NCBI GenBank assembly: GCA_963702845.1
Contig: OY969763.1
Location: 1,952,001 to 2,016,000, forward strand
DNA length: 64,000 nt
Direction: 5' to 3'
Origin: an uncultured Verrucomicrobiae bacterium
Lineage (GTDB): Bacteria; Verrucomicrobiota; Verrucomicrobiia; Limisphaerales; Palsa-1400
The translations under genes were made by a program, and so were the position numbers. The notes under the pieces were generated by a model. The model was given only the letters and a program-made list of their open reading frames with translations, did no database searches and was not told the origin of the DNA. Positions 9,854 to 22,300 of the stretch are shown piece by piece (the first letter of the stretch is position 1; every line of letters starts with the position of its first letter).

Positions 9854-10597
9854 TGGATCAGCTTCTACTCGGGGGTATGGTTGCGGATCTATGGTGAAAT
9901 CCGCATTTCCAAATGAGATCGTTCCAGAAAGTTTCGATATAATTTCTCGGATTTTCAAAAGATCTCCTGCCTCTACCGCTGCCGATTCTACCGATTTACC
10001 CACCGTGACCAGTCGTCCAGCGATGGTTCGTTTGATAAGTTCTTCTCTAAAACCTGAACGGAGGCAGTCCCGAGTATGGCAACGGTAATATTTATGTCCT
10101 TTGTGCTTTTCTGCGATGATATACCTTCGACACTTCGCGCACCGGAACGTGACAGAAAATAAGTGTCGGTGCTGTGGATTTCTTTTGTCGCGTCTGGTCA
10201 CAAGCGTCCGGCTGACCTTTTCGAATAGTTCTACCGAAATAAGCGGTTCATGGATGCCTGGGTAAATCTTGGAAGAGCAGGGGAGTTTGCCGATGTAAAA
10301 CGGATTGTGGAACATTTTGGAAAGCATGTCGGTATCCACTGGCCCGCCCTTGGAATTTCTAAGCCCTTTGGAATTCACTACGGATGCCAAACTCGCCAAT
10401 GAGTAGGCTCCAGTCGCATAAAGTGTGAACGCTTCTCTGACAAGAGATCCTTTTCTTACATCAATCGTCTTTGTTTTTCCTGGACCATTGTCGACATATC
10501 CAATCGGTGCGTGATAGGGCCATAGTCCTTGTTCGAAACGTGCAATTATTCCTTTCAACGTTTCTTCTCTCAAATTGCGGATGTAGTCATCCGCCCG
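9836..10597 (-). pseudogene. Large serine recombinase lacking the catalytic N-domain and the long coiled coil
   Basis: ADDYIRNLREETLKG...APIGY...HNPFYIG...GIHEPLIS..LF...CAKC...YYRCHTRDC is collinear with the 39742-41313 recombinase. A stop codon lies just upstream. Confidence 0.85.
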
Positions 10598-10917
10598 CGC
10601 AAACTAGCGGTTGCACAGAGTGGTGAACCCCTTGTTGTTGCCCCTGCGGTTGAAACACTAAAATGAGACTTCCTAAAGTTTTTTAATGGTTTGTTCTTGC
10701 GGGAAAGTACTAGGGGCGTATAAGGGTTTCGACGGAACCAAAGTTTGCCACTAAAACCATGGTAACTGGCGGTTTTTAAAAAAACTAGGACAGGCACAAA
10801 CAACATAGGATCCGATTCCTGAATTCAATCTGACGCCCAAACAACATTCTGCGGTATACCTCCCGGCTTCTGAGCAAATCCACTTCGGAAACGCGCTCGG
10901 CAACTTTTATACTTTAC

Positions 10918-13576
10918 ATGAAAACCATAGCTAGTGCCGTGATCGCTCTCATGGTGTTCAACCTCGAGTTGCGATGCGAAATCGGCAACACTGTTGTTAC
11001 TACTGCTCCCGTCATTTCGGTCCAACCAACAGATCAGACTGCCGACTATGGCACTGACGTTGTATTTAGTGTCGCTGCTACCGGAGATGGGCTTACCTAC
11101 AAATGGCAAAAAGACGGCACGCGACTCGAAGACTACAAGAATGTCGCTGGCGCCAGCACTCCAACGTTATACCTCGCAGGCGTGGCCCAGAGCGATGCGT
11201 CCAAATACCGTGTAATTGTCAGCGGTTCGAGTGGTTCGGTAACGAGCGCGGTGGTGGTTCTAAAAATAAATCCAGCTACTGTCTTTAATGAAACCTTTGA
11301 GAGTGGGAACTTGAGCCAAAATTGGAGGCCGGTGCTAGAGGCGACGAATTGGATTCCGCTCGATCGAGTCCAAAACCATACTCCCAATGGTTCTGCCTCG
11401 CTGGGAGGAGAAGGTCTGAGTGGCCGTTTATATCATAAGCTCAATAAGAAGCTCGAGGGCCGGATACATTTTACGTTCTGGATGTACGATGACGGCAAAA
11501 GCTTGGCCGCTTACGGGGAAATCCGTGGCTATCATGGGCACGATGGGTATGCCAAATACCTACATCCGTATGCGATCGCCCAGTCGCTTGCGATCGGCTA
11601 TCGCAACACCAGCTCCGGCGATACAAATTCGGCAGTTCTAGCTGGCGAATCCATAGATCCCAGCAAGTATCAAGGCCGAGTTTTACGGGGAACTGCCAAA
11701 GAAAACGCTCTGGGTTGGTTCAATCTCAACGAGCCGGGCGTTCCGGCGCGGTCACCCGGATGGCATAAGTTCGAGATTCATCGGTTGAGAGATCAAACAG
11801 CGATTGATTTTTACGTCGACGGTGTGCTTGGGCGGCGCATCCGTGGCGGTAAGCATGCGGACATTGACACGGTCTTAATTGGTCTTGGTGGCGGCGATGA
11901 AACCAATCAACTGGCGACTACAACATCAACAGCCTGGTTCGACGATATTCAATTGGATGCTTACCCAAATTCATTCGATTACGAAACCGATCCTAATGCA
12001 CCGATTATCCCGAAGCTCATGCAGCTTCGCGAAACCGGAACTAACGCTGAGATTGCAAACGTAACTGCTGTAACGGTGAGTGACCGCCCGGGTGCTGCCC
12101 GACAGAATGTCAAAGGAACATGGATGATCGATCAAGCTGGCGCTGTCTATTCACAAGACATGCGCGGCTATCTTGAATTCGCAGTTTCGGTGCCTGGGGA
12201 TGATGCATATCGTCTGGAACTCGAAGGCCGCGAGCAGAACGGCAAATTCCCGCAGGCTGATCTTCCAGTGACCATCTACCTGGACAATGAATACCTCGGT
12301 CACTTTAATCTTCCATACAGTGGTCGAACGAACGGATTAGTTCATTGTTTCACCCCGTTTATCAAGGCTGGCAATCACACGGTTGGCGTCATGTGGGACA
12401 ATACGCGGACGGGCGTGTCGCTTCACTTGGAGGCAGTGCGCGTTCAATCGTTGTCAGGATCAGCAAACCAACGCGGGTTAAAAAATTGGGTTGCCAACCA
12501 TTTAGCCGCCGAAAATGGTATCGAAACTGGGCCGCCCCAAAGTCGTGTCTCGCCGGCCTTTATAGAAGGACGTGGCAAATACCTTCGCATGATGAATATT
12601 CGGGCAGGCACGGCAGAGGAGTTCGCGGCCGTAGAGGTTCATCCCGGGATTGCTGATCGTTGGTATGCAAATGTGCCGCTCTCGCCGAAGGGACCGGTGC
12701 AGGTTGAGGTGCACTATCAAAACGACGGTTTCAGTGAAACGAATGACATCGTCTGGCAAATCACAAACTTGCTTGAGGCAAACAACACAACGATTCGTAA
12801 AGGAGATTCACTTTTGCTTACTGCCGCCCCGCTGAATGCTGAGAGCAATGTAGTTACTGTTTTGATCAACTCTAATGTCGTGGCAACGACGGATTCACTT
12901 TCTGCGGTACCCTACACCTTCAATGAAGTTGGCCTGTTTCATGTCATGGGCGTTTATGGCAACAGCGCGGCGGGAAGCATGTGGGTCCGCGTGGTGGATG
13001 TAGTGCTGGAGCCCGTTGTGCCAGTGTTCACCACTCGTAATCACTGGGATTGCCCCAAACTTCCTGCCGGTGTGACGCTTAGTTACGATCATCGCCTCAA
13101 CGTTGAGCGATCTGTACGTCAAACCCAAAGCTGCAGCTCAAATGATTCCGCCGGTCGCACCGAATTCGATTCCGTATAAGATTTCGGAACCTTCCAACTG
13201 GGAGCCTCGCTATATCCTTGCTCGACTCGGCAACAACCACGGACCTGTCATCGCAAGCACCCGTGTGCAAGGTATCCAATTTGCAGTTCCTCCGGACACT
13301 TCCCTGAAACGCGTGGGATCGTACGCTGACGGTTCACAAGCTATCGAGGGAACATATGTCCTGAGTCCCGCGCTGCCGGGACTTGATGTCACATTTAGCT
13401 TGGTGCGATCTGGAGTGGCGTTTTCAGATGGGACGATTAACAAGACTCTTAATGCGAATCAATTCGATGAACTAGGTATTGCAAAGCAAAACTTCATTCG
13501 AGCCGCCGGCGTTGACGGTAGCGTTTGCACTGAAATCCGGGCGTTCTATAACGGCGTGCTTGTCGTTTACAAATGA
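10918..13576 (+). CDS. Secreted Ig-domain / beta-sandwich protein (RHS module 1, gene 1), frameshift at ~13099
   Basis: Signal peptide and Ig motif LTYKWQKDG...DASKYRV. ORFs 10918-13179 plus 13103-13576 together match the single 884-aa paralog at 43080. Confidence 0.85.
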
Positions 13577-14508
13577 AAAAGTTTCTTTTTTCCGTTAAAG
13601 CATTTGGTCTGGCCTTGGCGGCGGGGGCTTTCGTCGCCATTTCAGTTGCTCAGCCATCGCAAGTCCTGGACATTCCTATCTCTGCCAGACTGGGAGTTGT
13701 TACGGATTCTACGCCGACCATGCCGGGATTAAATCTTGAAGGGCCAAGCGAAGGCGCTCTTCGAGAAATTTGTGATTCATCGCAATCAATCAAACAACGG
13801 ATTGCGGCGCTGCATTCCATCACAACCATCGATTCCTTAACGATGACAACATTGTGCCGGTTCGTAACAGCGCTACCAGCTGAAGGCGAACCAAACATCG
13901 GATCGATGAGATACCTAAAGAACGAAGTGCTTAACGTTTTAGGGCACGATGACAGCGCTCGCGTTCAGCTTGCCCGAGTTTTGATCTCCGTGGCGCGAAA
14001 CGATTCCCAAGATGTTGTGTTGCGCGATTACGCTGTTCAACATCTCGTTGCGTGCGCGCGAGCAGCCCAAAACAACAAGGCAATTTTACACACAACAATT
14101 GCACCTGTTCTTCGAGGTTTTGTGACAGCGCGAACTTCGTTAGCTGGAACGGCGATTTTGGGTCTCCATAGAATGGATGAAGCGGAGTCGGAAATGGAGC
14201 GACAGGACATTGATCGGTTAGCACTTGAGCTTGCGGCAGACGATGGGGTTGCACCGGACATTCGGATGACCGCAATTCAGGTTTGCGCCAATCGCCACCT
14301 GGAAAGTGTCATCCCAATCGCAGAGGCCGCATTACAAAACAGTACATCAACCGGCTTGCGCATGTCTTCCATTGCTGCACTGGGAATGTTGGGAACGGAG
14401 CGACACATCGCAATGTTGACCGCACTTCAAACGAGTGACAGCGCATTGAAACCGGCTATCTCAGAAGCGCTCCGGCGCCTGCAAATACGCATTGCGAAGT
14501 CCTACTAA
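13573..14508 (+). CDS. Exported HEAT-repeat-like protein (module 1, gene 2)
   Basis: Signal peptide; helical repeats VLRDYAVQHL, IRMTAIQV, LRMSSIAALG; paralog at 45731. Confidence 0.8.
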   Translation: MKKFLFSVKAFGLALAAGAFVAISVAQPSQVLDIPISARLGVVTDSTPTMPGLNLEGPSEGALREICDSSQSIKQRIAALHSITTIDSLTMTTLCRFVTALPAEGEPNIGSMRYLKNEVLNVLGHDDSARVQLARVLISVARNDSQDVVLRDYAVQHLVACARAAQNNKAILHTTIAPVLRGFVTARTSLAGTAILGLHRMDEAESEMERQDIDRLALELAADDGVAPDIRMTAIQVCANRHLESVIPIAEAALQNSTSTGLRMSSIAALGMLGTERHIAMLTALQTSDSALKPAISEALRRLQIRIAKSY

Positions 14509-14515
14509 CACCGCC

Positions 14516-16354
14516 ATGAAAGCAATTATTGTTTCGTTGTTTGTCCTGGTTCTAGCCGCTCGGGCAGACCTATTGAACCCGTCTGTCTCTGACACTGCAA
14601 CGAATTGTGTGGTTGAACCAAGCTTTAGTTTGGCTCTTTCTGCACCGACGGGTTCCAACCCATGGCCTATTTATAATTATGGTGACACCGTATTTGCCAA
14701 AGCTTTGATCGTTACCAATTGGGGAGACATTAGAATCACCACTACGAACGAAGATTCCTCGGTCGTTTCCGTTGACGTTCTAACGAACTCTCACTTCATC
14801 TCAAGCTCTTGGACAGCAGTTGGCCCTGACCCGAGCTATACAAATACCGGTTCGGGGTTGACCGCAACATTTTCAGCAATGCACGGCGTCGGCGTCGGCG
14901 ATATAACATTTTTTATCACGTACAGTAACAGTTTCCCGTGCACTAACGTTCAGACCGTGCCGCTGCTCGTTCACTACGAGGTGACGACCAACGACATTAT
15001 CGAAAGCGACTGCTCAACCGGTGCTCCACCATTGCTCGGCTTTTGGAATTTTAATCCGCCGCTGTCGCTGTGGTCTGGTGAAAGCAATGCGAACGATACC
15101 GTTGGAACAAACAACGGAGTCGTTCACGGCGCGGTGATGTATACGAATGGCGTGGCCGGCAAAGCATTCTATTTTAACGGCAGCAGTTACGTGTCATGCG
15201 GCACAAATGTAGGCAACTTCGGGACGAACGATTTCACAATTGATTTTTGGGTCAAGACGACACAAACCGGTTCATCATACATTGCGAGCAAGCGCCCCAT
15301 ATGCAACCTCGCAAATTTGTGGAATGTGCGCATGGTTGACGGTCATCTTTATCTTGAAACGATCGAAGACACTTCCGGTTATGCGTATGCGACGCTCATT
15401 TCTGATTCCACTGTCAACGATGGAGTGTTTCATCATGTGACCATCACGCGAGAAGGCTCATGGCAGTCTATATACATCGACGATGAATTTGACGGCGGCA
15501 TCGAGTCGGATGCCATCGCCAATCTCAACAACAATGTAGAACTTTGGGTCGGACATAATGTTTGCGGCGGCAACTTCATTGGTACTGTCGATGAACTGAG
15601 CATTCTAACGGGCAACGGTAGTCCATGGATGGGCAATCGAGGGCAAATGCCTCTTACTCTGACTAACGTCCAGCAAAGACCAAGCCCCTGGGGAAATGCG
15701 CTTCAAGTTGATAGTTCAACGAACGCCAACATAACGTGTCGGTATTTCGACGAAGATGGGTTGGCGAATATCCATTGCAAATCAGGTGCTGTTCGCTTTT
15801 GGATAAAACCAAATTGGAATGGCGGAACGGGGCCGGGCAACGCGGGCAGGCTGATTGAAATCGGGGATACAAATTCTACAAGCGGTTGGTGGTCCCTTTG
15901 GGTGAACAGTGCTGGCAGTCAAATGTCATTCCAGACGAAGTCCAATGGGAATCTCACAACATACTTCACTCAATCGATCAGCGACTGGGATTCCAATTCT
16001 TGGTATCACGTGGTCCTCGACTATGCGGCTGATCAAACCACGCTTTACACAAACGGCATCTTGGCGCAGACGGGGATCGGACTCACGAATTACCCGACCT
16101 TAGCCACTCGTGAGGCGTATGGCTTCAGTATAGGCAGCGACCATCTCGGCGCGAATCGTTCTGCCTCGAGATTCGATGAGTTCGCCACCTTCTGCGCCCC
16201 TCTGAGCGCAGAGGACATCCTGGATGACTATGTCAACGGTCTGATGAGTTCAACCGTGGGGGTTGGAACCGGTATTCCCGATTGGGATACCTACAACCAA
16301 CTGCACGCCACAACCAATAACGGAGCACTCGAAGTGTTTACTCCGTTGAAGTAA
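14516..16354 (+). CDS. Secreted LamG/ConA-like double-domain protein (module 1, gene 3)
   Basis: GKAFYFNG, FTIDFWVK, DGVFHHVT, AVRFWIKPNW, WYHVV, FDE motifs; ends ALEVFTPLK. Confidence 0.88.
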   Translation: MKAIIVSLFVLVLAARADLLNPSVSDTATNCVVEPSFSLALSAPTGSNPWPIYNYGDTVFAKALIVTNWGDIRITTTNEDSSVVSVDVLTNSHFISSSWTAVGPDPSYTNTGSGLTATFSAMHGVGVGDITFFITYSNSFPCTNVQTVPLLVHYEVTTNDIIESDCSTGAPPLLGFWNFNPPLSLWSGESNANDTVGTNNGVVHGAVMYTNGVAGKAFYFNGSSYVSCGTNVGNFGTNDFTIDFWVKTTQTGSSYIASKRPICNLANLWNVRMVDGHLYLETIEDTSGYAYATLISDSTVNDGVFHHVTITREGSWQSIYIDDEFDGGIESDAIANLNNNVELWVGHNVCGGNFIGTVDELSILTGNGSPWMGNRGQMPLTLTNVQQRPSPWGNALQVDSSTNANITCRYFDEDGLANIHCKSGAVRFWIKPNWNGGTGPGNAGRLIEIGDTNSTSGWWSLWVNSAGSQMSFQTKSNGNLTTYFTQSISDWDSNSWYHVVLDYAADQTTLYTNGILAQTGIGLTNYPTLATREAYGFSIGSDHLGANRSASRFDEFATFCAPLSAEDILDDYVNGLMSSTVGVGTGIPDWDTYNQLHATTNNGALEVFTPLK

Positions 16355-16370
16355 CAACCAAAACAGAGCA

Positions 16371-19300
16371 ATGCGGAAAACTGGACGCACGAACACATAC
16401 GATGATCTTTACATGAAGGCGCTATCCCTCCTCAACATATCTTTGATTCTCAAGAAGCAGAAGTTACCGACTAGCTTGTGTTATTTGCTAACGTTCCTCA
16501 CTTTTCTTGTTTTATTACCAAAAGCCGACGCACAAAGCTGCTCCAGTACCGGTTTAACCCTGGGAGCGTATGTGCAATACCAGACAGTGTACCTCGATCG
16601 TTCCAAGTGCGGATTCGCAGAGTATACGAACATGGATCTGCCGAGAATCCATATTTATCACCAGCAACGAATCATTGGCGATTATTCGTTTCATTATACA
16701 AACGATTATACCCAAAGCGAAACGGATAGCGGTTCGTCTGACAGCTCTGAGCAGTGGGAGATCTGGCCGGGAACCTATTCGAAACACCAGACAGCGACGA
16801 AGAATTTTGACTTTACCGAAACGATCAACTTGCACATCACTTCAGGTGAAACGGATTTCTGCTTTCCTACCAACACGTGCGAGGGCAGCGGTTCTTTTAA
16901 TTGTACGATAGACGATGGGCGTTCAAACGTCTGGCAGAATTCTATTGCGACCTCGACCACCTCATGGGATTCGTACCACTATACCAGTAGCGAATCGTCG
17001 TCGGTTAGTACCAATGATTGGAGCCTTGGTCATTGCGATGTTGGGTGGGCATTTATCGGGCCATTCACCGAGATTAATCATTACCTCCTGTATCATACAC
17101 GCACCTACGGGACCGATGGATATGATAATGACTCGACGAACGTAGATACAGGTACCGATTGTGTGATTGCTCACCGGTCATTGACGCAGATTATCGATCC
17201 GACAAATGCAGTCTCCGATTTGAGCGTCACAAACACAAGTTTACCTCCGCTGTGCGATAGTTGCTCGAGCGATACGTTCGTCGATGCTACGCATGACGTA
17301 AACACTTACGTTTTGTCGCTAGAGTACACCGACGTTGAACTGAGCAACAACATTGTCGGATATATGCCGGATTTCTCGGGAAGTTGGGTTACTCCGAACG
17401 GAGAGGGAAACGACTTCTATATAACAACAGCCTATTCAATGATCGACGGTGACCACATCCACGGACGATGGCAGCCCACCCAAGAAAATGGGGTCGACGC
17501 CGAGATGCAGAAGATGAAGTATCGGATTGTCATTCCGAACACCAAAGCTACGAAGCGTTACGAGGTGTCGTGGGATCTGATAACATACGACTTTACCACC
17601 GGAGTAGTCGAAACTGTCCCACGCAAGGTTTCTATTGATGGGACTGGAGGATCCGATCCCATCTACGCTGGTGAGGAGATTGTGAGCCCGCCCCATTGGG
17701 ACGACAGTCGCGAATTTTTCGGAGGCGTTGTTGCAACGTGGGTGGACAACCTTGCTATTTCAGAAATGTCGGAAGGCCTTGCTGGCGCAGGACCGGGATC
17801 GCTGTCTTGGAGTGGAGGCGCTCCTGGATGCGCGACCTGTGGCCGTGTTAGCGCCGCCTTTCAACGGTCCCCCTACGGCGCTTTGACTGCGTCGTTCAGC
17901 TTGGGGAGGGCGCTTGGTTACGGTTCGGCCGGAAATGTGGAGATATTGGCACGCGTTCCGAATCCCACGTTAGCGACGCCAAGCAGTCTCCTGTATCCTG
18001 ACGGGATACCTTCGACTGAGACAGTCCGGGATTCTGGCGTCTTGCGTCAGATCAACGCTCCGCAAGCCTTGGTGGACATCGTCACTCTCGATGCCTTCTC
18101 ATATCAGTTGCGATACTATCTGCCGTCGCAGGTTGGGGGTCCGAGCGGTAGTCTTCATTCGGTGAGCGGCAGCCCCTTTGTCACGTGGACGATCGAAAAT
18201 CCAGATGCATCTACGAACACGTACAATCGGCTTCAGATTACCGAAACGCGCGGATCGGATACCCACGAATATCTGTACACCTATAATCCGACGAATTCGG
18301 TCTGGACTTTGACTCGGCCCGATAATTCACAGGAAGAGATCAGCACCGGGTTCACCAACAACGTGGATTGGATCACTTTCAACGTGACGAACACGGTGCG
18401 TAGCGCATCAGGACAGATCGATTTCCAAGAGGTACGGGTGTATCAACGTCCGATGGCTTTCTTAGCTGGAATAACGACTAATCTAGGACTAATCGCCAAT
18501 AATCCGCAAATAGGATTCTTGCTCACGACGAACATCACTAATCCTGGTTCAAATGCTAGAATAACAACTTACAGCTACTACAGTACTAATTACGGCGCAA
18601 CCATATCGGAAACCGCTCCCGGCCCTTGGTATCATTCGACAATCCCTCCGGTGCGGTACATAAAGAGATCAGACGGCAAATGGGACTACTTCGCCTATAA
18701 CGCTCAAAACGTGACGGATCACGTCACGCCGTTCGGGGACGCTGCGCCACCAACATCAGGTGCCCCGTCTTACTCCACGTCGCGACATACCGTCTATTCG
18801 GAATTTGACGGAGGCGATTTTTTGACTTACGCGCAGGATACAGTGCAGGAGGATAAAGCGCATTGGACCACGCATATTTCGTTCACGACGAACTTGTCTC
18901 CTGGCGTCCATTTTTACGGTGAAACTGATGGAACGCAAAATTATCACACCATTACGGGATACTTCACGAACGGATTTAATGCGGGCAGGCTGCAAAGCGT
19001 GCAGAAACCGGACGGCACGTTGACGCTTTACGCCTACGACATTGCTGCCGACGCCACGCAGACGAATACCGTTTGGTCCGGGGCACCCAACAGTGACAAG
19101 ACAGCAGTGGTCGATGGCACTAAAACTGTCACAATTATGGGACCGGTCGGACAGATAATCTCCTACACGCAAAACGATATACGTTCAGGAATAACATTGG
19201 CGAACGACGTATATGGAAACTACGACTCACTTAGCCGGCCGCAGTTGGTCACACACATGGATGGAACAACAGAGCAGAAGTATTATAGCTGCTGTGGAAT

Positions 19301-22300
19301 TGATTATACGGTCGACCGTGACGGTGTTACGACTCAGTATTACTATGATGATGCCAAGCGACAGGTGGCGACTGTCCGTAACGGCATAACGACGAGCAAC
19401 CTGTTTGACTCCGTCGGTCGTATCTTGAAAACAGTGCGAATCGGAACCGACAACTCGCAGATCGTGTTGGGGCAATGGCAATACGACCTATCGGGCACCC
19501 TGATTCGCCAGACCAATGCGTTGGGGGGCGTGACAAGCTATAGTGAAAGCGGACTCGTACGGACGACTACAAATCCAGACGGCGGAACGATCATCGAAAC
19601 TTATTATGGTGACGGACAACTGAAGAGCCGCACCGGGACGGCGGTCCACGGCGTCGCATACTCTTACGACGTGGACTCGCCTGGGCACCGGATCACGACG
19701 GAAACCAAACTGACGGCTGCTGGCGTCGCTACCTCCCAAGCCGTGAGTTCATACATAGACTGGCTCGGAAAGCCTACGAAGACTGTTTACAGCGATACTT
19801 CGGGGTCGAGTATTCAGTATTCCTATAATACAGCGGGCCGATTGGCTCAAGAAATTGATTTTCAGGAAGTCACCAATTTATTTGGGTACAACTTGAAAGG
19901 CGAAATGACGACCAATGGCATCGACATGGACGGTGATGGGACTATCTATGCGGGCGGTACTGACCGCCTCACTTTTACCACCAATGATGTCGTTTCTGAC
20001 GGCGTAGACGTCCTGCGCTCACGAACGTATGTGTGGATGACAGACAATGATGACACGCTGACGCTGGTTTCAATGTCTGAAACTGCCACGGACGGCCTGC
20101 AATCGTGGCAGACGCGCTACAGCGGCTCGGGCAGTCCTGTAACGACGCATTCCCAAACGGTTTATAGTGGCACCAACCGCACTGTCACCGTTACCGCGCC
20201 TGACAATTCCCATACCGTCACTCGATATGCAAACGGGCGTCTCGTCTCCGTCACGCAATACGATTCAACGCCCGACCAGGTTGGAAGCATGAGTTACGGC
20301 TATGATGCCCATGGCCGGCAAAACAAAATTACTGATGCCCGCAATGGGACAGCAGTTTACACCTACAACGATGCCGATCTTGTCACGGCCGTCACGACGC
20401 CGAGTCCCGGCACACTGGGCGGTTCTTCGCAAACAACTATGACGCAATACAGTAAATCGTTACAGGTGACTAATGTGATTCAGCCTGACAACAGCGCTGT
20501 AACGAATATTTATTTGCCCACAGGCGAAATAGCGCTCAGCTATGGTTCCCGCACATATCCGGTGGGCTATAGTTATGATTATGCCGGCCGCGTCAAAACG
20601 ATGACCAATTGGTCCGATTTCAGCAGTACAAGCGGAACGCGAGTGACGACGTGGAACTACGATTCGAATCGCGGTTTTCTTACGAGCAAAATCTACGCGG
20701 ACGGCAAGGGAACATCTTACCAATATACCGACGCGGGACGGCTATATGTTCGCACTTGGGCACGTGGCACGAACACGACTTACGCCTACACACCTGCCGG
20801 CGATTTATACTCGGTGACCTACGATGATGGTTCCACGCCTTCGGTGACGTACAGTCATGACCGAACTGGCCGAATGAACTCGGTGGTGCGGGATGGCATG
20901 ACGACAACCTTTGCCTACGACCTGGCGAATGATGTCTTGAGCGAATCGTATTCAGGAGGCGTTCTGAACGGCTTGTCGGTTACCAATGGTTACGATGCTC
21001 TGCTGCGCCGCACTGGTTTGGGAGCGCTTGCTGGTTCTTCTGTCCTCACCAGTGCCGGATACAGCTACGATAATGCCTCAAGATTGGCGACGGTTACATC
21101 AGGTTCTGACAGTGCGACCTATGGTTACGTTGCCAATTCGCCATTAGTCGGCCAGATTGCCTTCAAGCATGGAGGCGTCACGAAGATGACCACAACAAAG
21201 CAATACGACCATTTGAATCGGCTGACTTCGATTTCATCTATTCCCACCCTCGCGACTTTCGAATACTCGTACAACAATGCGAATCAACGCACGCGCGCTA
21301 CCTTGCCGGACAGTTATTGGAGTTACCAATATGATTCACTAGGCCAGGTCACTTCGGGTAAGAAATATTGGAATGACGGAACTCCAGTGGCAGGACAGCA
21401 GTTTGAATACAATTTCGACGACATCGGAAATCGAAACACAACCAAAGCTGGCGGTGACCAAGCTGGCAGCAATCTACGTTTGGCTCACTACACCAACAAT
21501 ATTCTTAACCAGATCACGAGCCGCGATGTCCCGGGTTACAAAGACATTACCGGTCTGAGTCTTGTTACCAACGCGGTGACCGTGAATGGCCAAAGCACGT
21601 ATCGAAAAGGCGAGTATTTCCGCAATGAACTCGTTATTACCAACACGACATTACCTGTGTGGACAAACGTTTCAGTTGCGGCGGGAAGCCAAGGCGTTTC
21701 GGGAAATCTTCTTGCAGCAAAAACACCGGAAACCTTCAGCTATGATTATGATGGAAATCTCACGAATGACGGCCTATGGACATACACGTGGGACGCCGAG
21801 AATCGGCTCGTTTCGATGGAATCAATTTTGACAGTTCCCACAGCGGCGAAGAGGAAATTGGATTTCCTTTATGATCACCAGGGACGGCGGATACAGAAGC
21901 TGGTCTCGACCAACAACGGCGCGAGCTACGTCGGCCAATATACAAACCGGTTTGTTTACGACGCGTGGAACTTAATCGCCGAAATCACATCGAATAATTC
22001 ACCCATGCGTACATATTTGTGGGGCGCGGATTTAAGTGGCGCGATGCGAGGAGCAGGTGGAGTCGGCGGGTTGCTCGAAGTTTCGTATTTTGGTTCAGCG
22101 GTCACAAACTGTTTTGTAGCTTTTGATGGCAATGGGAATATTAGAGGCGTCGTTGATGCAATCTCGGCCTCCTCAATAGCTTCATATGAATATGGCCCCT
22201 TCGGAGAAGTCATCCGCGCTACCGGCCCGATGGCCAAGGCTAATCTCCTACGGTTCTCGACCAAATATACCGATGATGAAACAGATCTGGTTTACTACGG

